DNA from: a bacterium
Lineage (GTDB): Bacteria > Patescibacteriota > Minisyncoccia > Minisyncoccales > CG1-02-41-26
Length of the DNA: 64,000 nucleotides
Direction of reading: 5' to 3'
Assembly (NCBI GenBank): GCA_030648255.1
Contig: JAUSHZ010000007.1
Location: 24,404 to 88,403 of the forward strand
Within the stretch, counting starts at the first letter, position 1. Each line of letters begins with the position of its first letter. Under the pieces are notes generated by a model, which saw nothing but the letters and a program-made list of their open reading frames with translations, did not search any database and had not been told where the DNA came from. Made by a program: the position numbers and the translations under genes. Below are positions 8,585 to 15,974 of this stretch, in pieces.

Positions 8585-9337
8585 TTATTTTGTAAGAATT
8601 TCTGCTCCTTTTCTTGTAATGGCTATGGTGTGCTCGAAATGGCAAGATAGGGAGCCGTCGGCTGTTTTATAGCCGAAGCCGTCATTAGCTTTTCTTAATT
8701 TCCAATTACCCATTGTTACCATTGGCTCAAGGCAAAAAACCATGCCAACCTCAATCTTTTCACCAGAGTTTCGCTTGCCATAGTTAGAAATTTTTGGGTC
8801 TTCATGCAATGCCTTGCCAATACCATGCCCGCACAAATCCCTAACCACATTAAACCCTTGGTATTCAACAAACCTTTGCACAATATTGCCAATATCTCCA
8901 AAAGTATTACCCGGCCTTGCTTTAGCAATGGCTAGTTTCAACGCTTTTTGCGTGGCTTTAATAAGCCGAATCTTTTCCGAATCCTCTGCTTCAGGCTTGC
9001 CCACCAGAGTAGAAAAAGCGTAATCAGAAAAATAATCTTGATATTTAATTCCTAAATCCAAACAAAGCAAATCGCCCTGCTTTAGAATATAACCATCGGG
9101 CACCCCATGCACCACCATATCATTAATAGAAATACAAGAAACACAAGGAAATCCTTCGTAATCTTTAAAGGCTGGTTCGGCCCTATATTCTAAAATAAGA
9201 TTTTCACACGCTCTGTCTAATTCTTTAGAAATAATGCCCGGAGCTATCATTGGCTTTATTTTTTCAATAATTTCAGCCAAAATTTTTCCAGCCTCTCGCA
9301 TTATTTTTATCTCATTTTCTGTTTTAATAATTATCAT
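8585..9337 (-). CDS. map: Methionine aminopeptidase type I
   Basis: 250 aa; pita-bread metal-ligand blocks (LDLGIKYQDYFSD, CGHGIG, FCLEP, FEHT). Confidence 0.92.
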   Translation of the reverse strand: MIIIKTENEIKIMREAGKILAEIIEKIKPMIAPGIISKELDRACENLILEYRAEPAFKDYEGFPCVSCISINDMVVHGVPDGYILKQGDLLCLDLGIKYQDYFSDYAFSTLVGKPEAEDSEKIRLIKATQKALKLAIAKARPGNTFGDIGNIVQRFVEYQGFNVVRDLCGHGIGKALHEDPKISNYGKRNSGEKIEVGMVFCLEPMVTMGNWKLRKANDGFGYKTADGSLSCHFEHTIAITRKGAEILTK

Positions 9338-10001
9338 TTTTCTTTCTCACTTCATCTAAAATATCTTGAAAAACTTTTTCAATTGCCTGTTCGCCATTTA
9401 TCTTAATAAGTCGCTTTTTCTTTTTAAAATATTTTATTACCTTGCTCACGTCTTTATCAAAATAATCAAGCCGATTATTTATGGCTTGGGGAATATCGTC
9501 TGCTCTTTCTTCTAAATCACCGCCGCACTTATCGCAAGCTTGCAAGCTTTTATAATCCCCAACCCAAGGAATAATCTGTCCGCAATTCTTGCAAATTCTT
9601 CTTTTAGTTAATCTATCAAAAGCCTCTTTTCTTGAAATATTAAGCAAAATAACCATAGTACTTTTTTTTCTATCTAAGTAATCCAAAAAATCGTCTAGGT
9701 CTTTTGCCTCCTGCAATCTTCTTGGCATTCCATCCATAATAATTCCTTGCCCCTCTTTAACATTAAAAGCAATTTCGTGCATCCATAAAGTAGTAGCAAT
9801 ATCGTCAAATGGCAAGCCACCCCCTTCAATCAATTCTTTAATATGATGGCCCATTTCTGTATCTTGCCCAGCTAATTTTCTAAATAAAGAACCTGAAGAA
9901 ATGTAATAAAGATTACCAAAATGCTCACCTAAAAGCTTAGCTTGCGTACCCTTGCCACACCCCGCCCTGCCAATTAGAACAAAATTTATAGGTTTATGCA
10001 T
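9324..10001 (-). CDS. adk: Adenylate kinase (zinc LID type)
   Basis: 225 aa; P-loop GRAGCGKGTQA and LID with CKNCG..CDKCG. Confidence 0.9.
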   Translation of the reverse strand: MHKPINFVLIGRAGCGKGTQAKLLGEHFGNLYYISSGSLFRKLAGQDTEMGHHIKELIEGGGLPFDDIATTLWMHEIAFNVKEGQGIIMDGMPRRLQEAKDLDDFLDYLDRKKSTMVILLNISRKEAFDRLTKRRICKNCGQIIPWVGDYKSLQACDKCGGDLEERADDIPQAINNRLDYFDKDVSKVIKYFKKKKRLIKINGEQAIEKVFQDILDEVRKKNDNY

Positions 10002-10023
10002 ATTATTTAATGATAACAGAATT

Positions 10024-10045
10024 TAAAAAAGGGGCAAAGCCCCTA
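10024..10045 (-). terminator. Terminator-like hairpin inside the adk 5' leader
   Basis: Minus sense AGGGGCUUUGCCCCU followed by UUUUUU, 25 nt before the adk ATG and just downstream of a promoter. Confidence 0.5.
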
Positions 10046-10057
10046 TCGCACATATTT

Positions 10058-10085
10058 AATATATCATAAAAAAACTAACTTTCAA
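10058..10085 (-). promoter_or_regulatory. Promoter upstream of adk
   Basis: Minus sense TTGAAA - 16 nt - TATATT. Confidence 0.5.
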
Positions 10086-10239
10086 TACTTGTGGATAATT
10101 CGGGTTAAATATTTTGATTCACTTTTGCGACGACCGTCTCAGAATTGAATCGTTTGAGATTTATGTTTTTTTAGCTTGAAATAAAGAAAAACAGGCTGGT
10201 CAGACCTGTATATTAGTTAACTTAACGACCGACTTTATT

Positions 10240-10524
10240 TTATCGAAAAACTACAAAATACCCACAGTTGACCCCATAGGGTTGATCAGTTGAATCGTCT
10301 GCTATAGAAATAAGTGTAAGGTTAGAGTGATTGGCAATAAATTTAGATAAAGAATTACCAAATGCCGCTTGAGTGGCAGCGAAATAATATACACCATTCC
10401 CATAATTAACTGGGGAAATAGTTTCTGTGGAATTAACTTTTGTTTCTTTGCCCGCATTACTACCACAGCCACAAATTATAAGAACAAGAACCATTAGAGA
10501 TATCAATATCGCTATTTTTCTCAT
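10240..10524 (-). CDS. Small lipoprotein
   Basis: 94 aa; signal peptide ending LIICGC (lipobox-like). GAGGAG SD 8 nt upstream. Inserted between secY and adk. Confidence 0.7.
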   Translation of the reverse strand: MRKIAILISLMVLVLIICGCGSNAGKETKVNSTETISPVNYGNGVYYFAATQAAFGNSLSKFIANHSNLTLISIADDSTDQPYGVNCGYFVVFR

Positions 10525-10681
10525 TTTTTAACTCCTCTTAGATAATTTACCTAAAGCCAGTTTAAAGTATTCACGACAACACAAATATTACTACTTAACC
10601 ACAAAAAATCAAGCCATGCTGTCAAAACCCGATTTTGGGCTCCCTAAAAATCGGATTTCAAGGGATCCTTGATTGAAATAA

Positions 10682-10703
10682 ACAAAAAACGCCTTTCGGC
10701 GAG
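10682..10703 (-). terminator. Rho-independent terminator about 235 nt downstream of secY
   Basis: Minus sense CGCCGAAAGGCG + UUUUUUG. Confidence 0.6.
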
Positions 10704-10937
10704 ATATATATTCTTTTTTCTCTTCACCCCCCAACAAGAAAACTTGGAGAAATGCGAGCTTGTTTGTTTTTCTTTGCCTTACGAAGAGAGATTAGAAAAT
10801 TTAGGAGCGAAACGAGGGAAAATAGTGGTAGGTCGCCGAAGGCGATCGGGCACCACGTAATTTTTCCGAAGTTTCGCGACTAAAATTTTCAAGCTCTTGA
10901 AGTTCAGCAAAGAAAAATAAATAAGCGAAGTCAGCTT

Positions 10938-12221
10938 CTACAAGTTTTCGTAGTCCCTCATTTCCATTTGGGCTTTTACTTGCCTCCAAATATCCAAAAC
11001 CACAGAAACCACAATCAATATGGCAGTTCCTCCAATTAAAAATTGAAAAGCCACCACCCCTGTTATCCCCTGAATAATTGAAGGCATTACCGCAATTAAG
11101 CTTAAAGATAAAGCGCCAATAAAAAGTGTGCGGTATAAAATCTTTTGCAAAAACTTGGCAGTTGATTCCCCCGGCCTAATGCCTGGCACAAAGCCACCCA
11201 TTTTTTGCAAGTTAGTGGCAATTGATTTTGGGTCAAAGGTAACGGCTGTGTAGAAAAAAGTAAACAGAAAAACCAAAACAAAAAATAGAGATCCGTTCAC
11301 CCAAACATTTGATAAAAATAATGAAACTGCCTTGGCGGTATTGGCAATAAAAGCGTTTCCTCCAACAGTTAAAAAATTAGCAATCATTGTAGGGAAAAGT
11401 AAAATGCTTAAAGCAAAAATAATAGGAATCACGCCAGCCGGGTTTAAATTAATTGGCAAATAAGTGGACACACCTCCATACATTTTATTGCCCCGCACTC
11501 TCTTGGCATAGTTAACTGGAATATTTCTTTTCGCTTCAGTTATTAAGACAACTCCAGCAATAATTACCAAAGCAATGATAAAAAATGCAATATATGGAAG
11601 CGCTTTTGAAGAGTCCCAACTTAAAGCAATTTGTCTGATTTGCGAAGGCGTATCAGCCACAATGCCAGCAAATATCAAAATTGAAACACCATTACCAACA
11701 CCCTTTTCAGTAATAAGTTCGCCAAGCCACATTAAAAATAACGCCCCCCCAGTAATTGTGATAATAGAGGTAATCATTTGCCACGCTGGCAAAACAGCAA
11801 TGGCTCCCTGTTTCTGAAATAGCATTAACATTGCGTAGGCCTGTAATACTGCTAAAGGCACTGTTAAAATTCTGCCATATTTATTAAACCTGGCTCTGCC
11901 TGCTTCTCCTTCTTCTTTATACATTTTTTCCAAAGCTGGAAAAATCATTGTTAAAAGCTGAATAATAATGGTTGAAGTGATATACGGGCCCAAGCCAAGC
12001 ATAACAATTGATAAATTAGAAAAAGCCCCCCCGACGAAAACATTTAAAAGCCCCAAAAGCTCGTTTTGGCTAAAAAATCTTTTTAAATTTTCTAAGTCAA
12101 TCCCTGGAATGGGAATGTTAGCGGCCAATCGTGAAACAGCCAACAAAGCCAAAACAAATAGAATTTTATTTCTTAATTGTTTGTCTTTAAATATTAATAA
12201 TAGTTTTTGAAACCACTCCAT
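10938..12221 (-). CDS. secY: Preprotein translocase SecY
   Basis: 427 aa with 10 predicted TM segments and typical SecY blocks (GPYITSTIIIQLL, GGALFLMWLGELITEKG). Confidence 0.95.
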   Translation of the reverse strand: MEWFQKLLLIFKDKQLRNKILFVLALLAVSRLAANIPIPGIDLENLKRFFSQNELLGLLNVFVGGAFSNLSIVMLGLGPYITSTIIIQLLTMIFPALEKMYKEEGEAGRARFNKYGRILTVPLAVLQAYAMLMLFQKQGAIAVLPAWQMITSIITITGGALFLMWLGELITEKGVGNGVSILIFAGIVADTPSQIRQIALSWDSSKALPYIAFFIIALVIIAGVVLITEAKRNIPVNYAKRVRGNKMYGGVSTYLPINLNPAGVIPIIFALSILLFPTMIANFLTVGGNAFIANTAKAVSLFLSNVWVNGSLFFVLVFLFTFFYTAVTFDPKSIATNLQKMGGFVPGIRPGESTAKFLQKILYRTLFIGALSLSLIAVMPSIIQGITGVVAFQFLIGGTAILIVVSVVLDIWRQVKAQMEMRDYENL

Positions 12222-12409
12222 GTTAGTAATTCTTAATTGAACGGCGAATTTATGAGCTGTGAAATTTAGAATTTCTTACACCCCGTGGAGTAGAAATTTG
12301 CTCTGCAAATTTCTATTTTAAATTTTTTACTAAAAATTTAAAATTACTCCACAGGGTAAATTCCGCTTGCCAATCGCGCTTCGATTACTCAGCACTCTTG
12401 GAGCGTCAT
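12222..12409 (-). repeat. Intercistronic structured element, copy 6 (E3 / M-B / S1 variant)
   Basis: rplO stop to secY ATG. Ends ATTACTAAC-ATG. Closing stem caccccgtggagtag/ttactccacagggta. Confidence 0.9.
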
Positions 12410-12841
12410 TTACTTTACTGTTCCTCCTGCTTTTTCTATTTTAACTTGAGCAGCTTTTGAAACCAAGCAATCCTCAATAGTAAGTGATTTAGTAAGTTCG
12501 CCATTTCCTAAAATTTTTACCAATGGAACTTTGCCTATAATTTTTCTAATTAATTTTTTATCAACTAAAACTTCCGGGGTAATTTTGTCTCCTTTTTCAA
12601 AATTCTTTTCTAAAACATTAAGATTTATAGAGGCTGTTTCTTCTCCTCTTAATTCCTGCCTGTATCCTCTTATTTTTGGATATCTTTTAATAATCTCTCT
12701 CATAAAGGGTTGCATTTTTCTCCCAGCCCTTGATTTTTGGCCTTTGCAACCCTTCCCACAGTAAGTTCCCTTCTTGCCTCCTCTGCCAATTCTTTTTCTA
12801 TCTTTTGTCTTATTATTTGGTTGTATTTCGTGAATTTGCAT
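12410..12841 (-). CDS. rplO: 50S ribosomal protein L15
   Basis: 143 aa; KRIGRGGKKGTYCGKGCKGQKSRAG block. Confidence 0.93.
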   Translation of the reverse strand: MQIHEIQPNNKTKDRKRIGRGGKKGTYCGKGCKGQKSRAGRKMQPFMREIIKRYPKIRGYRQELRGEETASINLNVLEKNFEKGDKITPEVLVDKKLIRKIIGKVPLVKILGNGELTKSLTIEDCLVSKAAQVKIEKAGGTVK

Positions 12842-13007
12842 GTTAGTAATTCTTAATTGAACTGCGAACGATTAGTGAGCTGTGAAATTTAGAAGTACTT
12901 ACACCCTGTGGAGTAGAAATTTGCTCTGCAAATTTCTGTTTTAAATTTTTAGTAAAAAATTTAAAACTACTCCACGGGGTAAATTCCGCCTTCCACTCAA
13001 ACTTCGG
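12842..13007 (-). repeat. Intercistronic structured element, copy 7 (E3 / M-B / S2; S2 continues into the rpsE 3' end to about 13040)
   Basis: rpsE stop to rplO ATG. S2 homology (..cttcggctaatcgcctcgttttcgtggggcgtcattta) extends 33 nt into the rpsE coding sequence. Confidence 0.9.
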
Positions 13008-13526
13008 CTAATCGCCTCGTTTTCGTGGGGCGTCATTTAACTGTTGTAAGGCCGCTACTGTTGCCCGGGCGATATTTAATTTATTTCTTGATCTTGACAA
13101 TAACTTTGATGATATATTCCTAATTCCAGCTAAACTGCAAATAACTCTTACCTGGCCGCCAGCCACCAACCCCCTACCTTTTGCCTGAGGCCTTAACAAA
13201 ACCCTTGCTGGGCCATACTTTGCTGTAACCTCATGGGGAATTGTTTCCTCAAACATTGGAACAGAAATTAAATTCTTCTTGGCCAACCGAGTTGATTTTT
13301 CAACAGCAATTGCCACATCAGGCCCCTTGGCCACACCTAATCCAATTTTTCCCTTTTTATTGCCAACCACCACAACTGCCCTAAACCTCATTTGCTTTCC
13401 TCCCTTTGTTACTCTTGTAACTCTGGCTAAATCTAAAACCACCGAGTCGAACTCATCTTTCGGTTTTGCTGGAAATTGACCTCTTCTTTCTCTATTAAAT
13501 TTTCCTTGTTGTTGCTGTTGTTCCAT
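13008..13526 (-). CDS. rpsE: 30S ribosomal protein S5
   Basis: 172 aa; VTRVTKGGKQMRFRAVVVVGN..GLGVAKG and S5 C-terminal domain. The last ~10 codons ([10 protein letters not shown]) are encoded by element sequence. Confidence 0.93.
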   Translation of the reverse strand: MEQQQQQGKFNRERRGQFPAKPKDEFDSVVLDLARVTRVTKGGKQMRFRAVVVVGNKKGKIGLGVAKGPDVAIAVEKSTRLAKKNLISVPMFEETIPHEVTAKYGPARVLLRPQAKGRGLVAGGQVRVICSLAGIRNISSKLLSRSRNKLNIARATVAALQQLNDAPRKRGD

Positions 13527-13720
13527 GTTAGTAATTCTTAATTGAACGGCGAACGATTAGTGAGCTGTGAAGTTTAGAAGTACTTACACCCTGTGGAGTA
13601 GAAATTTGCTCTGCAAATTTCTGTTTTAAATTTTTTACTAAAAATTTAAAACTACTCCACGGGGTAAATTCCGCTTGCCAATCGTGCCTCACCTGCTGGC
13701 TCGCACTCTTGGAGCGTCAT
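13527..13720 (-). repeat. Intercistronic structured element, copy 8 (E3 / M-B / S1)
   Basis: rplR stop to rpsE ATG; same modules as copies 6/7, with S1 arm ending ggagcgtcat+tta. Confidence 0.9.
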
Positions 13721-14065
13721 TTAAAATTGTAGCCCACCTTCTCTCGCTCCTTCAGCCAACGCTTTTATTCTACCATGATATTTAAAGCCTCCTCTATCAA
13801 AAACAACTTTTTTAATCTTTTTTTCTATTGCTAATTTAGCAATTTCCTTACCAACATTAAAAGCCTTTTCTAATTTTTTCAGTTTTTTCTCTTTTGAATC
13901 GTTTGCTGAAATAATAGTTTTGCCTTTTGTGTCGTCAATTATTTGAGCATAGATATGCTGGTTTGATTTAAATACGCAAAGCCGAGGCGCGGTTGGTGTG
14001 CCAATGACTTTTGCCCTGATTCGGCTGTGTCTTCTTGTTCTTTTTTGTTGTTTTGTCTGTTGCAT
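13721..14065 (-). CDS. rplR: 50S ribosomal protein L18
   Basis: 114 aa; [42 protein letters not shown]. Confidence 0.93.
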   Translation of the reverse strand: MQQTKQQKRTRRHSRIRAKVIGTPTAPRLCVFKSNQHIYAQIIDDTKGKTIISANDSKEKKLKKLEKAFNVGKEIAKLAIEKKIKKVVFDRGGFKYHGRIKALAEGAREGGLQF

Positions 14066-14258
14066 GTTAGTAGTCGTTAATGAATGAGTGGCGATTAGCC
14101 ACGAGTGAATTTACGAATTCTTACACCCTGTGGAGTAGAAATTTGCTCTGCAAATTTCTGTTTCAAATTTTTAGCAAAAAATTTGAAACTACACCACGGG
14201 GTAAGTCCTCCGTAAGCTCTGGCTTCGGCTAATCGCCTTGCCATCGCTAACGGATTAC
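14066..14258 (-). repeat. Intercistronic structured element, copy 9 (E4 / M-B / S3)
   Basis: rplF stop to rplR ATG. E4 apex ggcgattagcc (14090-14100) is the exact reverse complement of S3 apex ggctaatcgcc (14227-14237). Confidence 0.9.
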
Positions 14259-14819
14259 TTATTTTCCAGCTTTCTTGCCCTCTTTCTTGCGGACAATTTC
14301 ACCAAAATATCTAACGCCCTTGCCTTTGTATGGCTCTGGCTTTCTTAAAGCTCTTATTTTTGCTGCAAACTGGCCAACCTGTTGCTTGTCAAAACCAAAA
14401 ATATTTATAAATTGTTTTTCTATTTTTATAGACAAACCCCCTGGAATCTCCATAAAAATAGGGTGAGAAAAACCCAAGTCCAATCTTATTTTCGATTCTC
14501 CCTCCATAGCAGCCTTGTATCCAACTCCCCTAAGCTCTAATTTCTTTTCAAATCCAACTGAGACGCCATGAACATGGTTCAATAATAAAGCAGTGGTTAA
14601 CCCCCAGAGAGCAGGAATTTCTTTGCTCTCTTTTTCCTGTCTGCCGACAGGCAGGGCTGGCTTTACAACTAAAATATTACCTTGTTGTTCCACAACAATA
14701 CCAACAGGAATTTCCTGTTTTATCTCTCCCTTAGGCCCTTTAAATAAAACATTATCTTTTTCAAGAATAACTGTTACGCCTTGGGGTATTTCTATTGGTT
14801 TTTTTCCTATTCTTGACAT
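14259..14819 (-). CDS. rplF: 50S ribosomal protein L6
   Basis: MSRIGKKPIEIPQGVTV.. The MKTHTISN prefix in the ORF track is repeat sequence; start at CTAAC-ATG (14817-14819). Confidence 0.93.
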   Translation of the reverse strand: MSRIGKKPIEIPQGVTVILEKDNVLFKGPKGEIKQEIPVGIVVEQQGNILVVKPALPVGRQEKESKEIPALWGLTTALLLNHVHGVSVGFEKKLELRGVGYKAAMEGESKIRLDLGFSHPIFMEIPGGLSIKIEKQFINIFGFDKQQVGQFAAKIRALRKPEPYKGKGVRYFGEIVRKKEGKKAGK

Positions 14820-15021
14820 GTTAGAAATTGTGTGAGTTTTCAAGCTATAATCTTTTTTATGGCTTGAAAACTCATTACAAGTTCTTACACCCTGTGGAGT
14901 AGAAATTTGCTCCGCAAATTTCTGTTTTAAATTTTTTACTAAAAATTTAAAACTACTCCACGGGGTAAGGTATCCGTAAGCTCGGGCTTCGCCTGCTGGC
15001 TCGCCCTCGCTAACGGCTACC
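14820..15021 (-). repeat. Intercistronic structured element, copy 10 (E2 / M-B / S3)
   Basis: rpsH stop to rplF ATG. E2 hairpin gagttttcaagc..gcttgaaaactc. S3 stem aaggtatccgt/acggctacctt carries compensatory changes relative to copy 9. Confidence 0.9.
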
Positions 15022-15411
15022 TTACCACACTTCCACCATTAATTCACCTCCGACTTTATCTTTTCTGGCTTGCTTATCTGTTAATAAACCATTGGTGGTT
15101 GAAACAATAGATAAGCCATAGCCACTTCTTACCTTTGAAATCTCGTCTGCTTTTTTATAAATTCTTTGCCCTGGCTTTGAAATCCTTTTAAACCCAGAGA
15201 CGGCTGGCATCTTTTCATTATATTTTAACTGTATTTTTATAATTTGAAACGGCTTTTTCCCTTTTTTCTTGCAATCCAAAATAAGCCCCTCTGCTTTTAA
15301 AATTTCAGCAATTGAGTATCTTAGTTTTGAAAAAGGAACATCGGTTGTTTTATGGAAAACAACTTGAGCGTTCCTTATTCTATTAAACATGTCTGTTATT
15401 GGATCGGTCAT
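15022..15411 (-). CDS. rpsH: 30S ribosomal protein S8
   Basis: MTDPITDMFNRIRNAQ.. is a typical S8. Start after CTTCTAAT-ATG (15409-15411). Confidence 0.93.
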   Translation of the reverse strand: MTDPITDMFNRIRNAQVVFHKTTDVPFSKLRYSIAEILKAEGLILDCKKKGKKPFQIIKIQLKYNEKMPAVSGFKRISKPGQRIYKKADEISKVRSGYGLSIVSTTNGLLTDKQARKDKVGGELMVEVW

Positions 15412-15612
15412 ATTAGAAGTTGTGTGAGTTTTCAAGCTATAATTTTTTTTATGGCTTGAAAACTCATTACAAATTCTTATACCCCGTGGAGTAGAAATTT
15501 GCTCTGCAAATTTCTGTTTTAAATTTTTTACTAAAAATTTAAAACTACTCCACAGGGTAAGTCCTCCGTAAGCTCTGGCTCGGCTGTTGCCTCGCCATAG
15601 CTAACGGATTAC
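15412..15612 (-). repeat. Intercistronic structured element, copy 11 (E2 / M-B / S3)
   Basis: rpsN stop to rpsH ATG. Only copy ending CTAAT-ATG instead of CTAAC-ATG. Confidence 0.9.
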
Positions 15613-15798
15613 TTACCAAGACGACTTCTTAATCCCGGGTATTTCTCCTTTACTTGCCATTTCCCTAAAACAAATTCTGCACAAACCAAAGTCCCTTATA
15701 AATCCCCTGTACCTTCCGCACTTAAAACATCGCCTCACTATTCTTGAAGAAAACTTTGGTTTTCGGTTTGATTGATTAATTAATGATTTTTTTGCCAT
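15613..15798 (-). CDS. rpsN: 30S ribosomal protein S14 (short zinc type)
   Basis: 61 aa; CFKCGR..CRICFR zinc ribbon and C-terminal KKSSW. Confidence 0.93.
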   Translation of the reverse strand: MAKKSLINQSNRKPKFSSRIVRRCFKCGRYRGFIRDFGLCRICFREMASKGEIPGIKKSSW

Positions 15799-15974
15799 GT
15801 TAGTGATTCTTAATTGAACGGCGAGCGATTAGCGAGCTGTGAAATTTAGAATGACTTACACCCCGTTAAGTGCGAGCGATTAGCGAGCTACTTAACTGGG
15901 GTTTCGTTGTATTCTTACCCCACCCCAGTGAAGTAGAATTTGAGTACAAATTCACTTCACGGGGTAAGGCTCTG
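15799..15974 (-). repeat. Intercistronic structured element, copy 12 (E3 / M-A / S5)
   Basis: rplE stop to rpsN ATG. Ends ATCACTAAC-ATG. The motif cgagcgattagcgagc occurs in both the E3 and M-A loops. Confidence 0.9.

Noticed and set aside
8439-8645. The 68-aa ORF-track version of the small basic ORF overlaps the 3' end of map.
   Set aside because: The upstream part overlaps map coding sequence. Only the internal ATG at 8573 has an SD. Even that shorter ORF is kept at low confidence.
10669-10989. ORFs 10669-10860 (+) and 10801-10989 (-) lie in the secY downstream region.
   Set aside because: One overlaps the secY 3' end and both span the terminator hairpins. No SD or motif was found, so the region is treated as an untranslated structured tail.
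14820-14843. The N-terminal extensions MKIHTASN / MKTHTISN on the ORF-track versions of rpsM, rplF, rpsH, rplX, rplP and rplV look like a conserved leader peptide.
   Set aside because: These 8 codons are the last 24 nt of element modules E1/E2, partly inside a hairpin, and they start at TTG/ATG by chance. Alignment with canonical S13, L6, S8, L24, L16 and L22 N-termini places the true start at the ATG after CTAAC.
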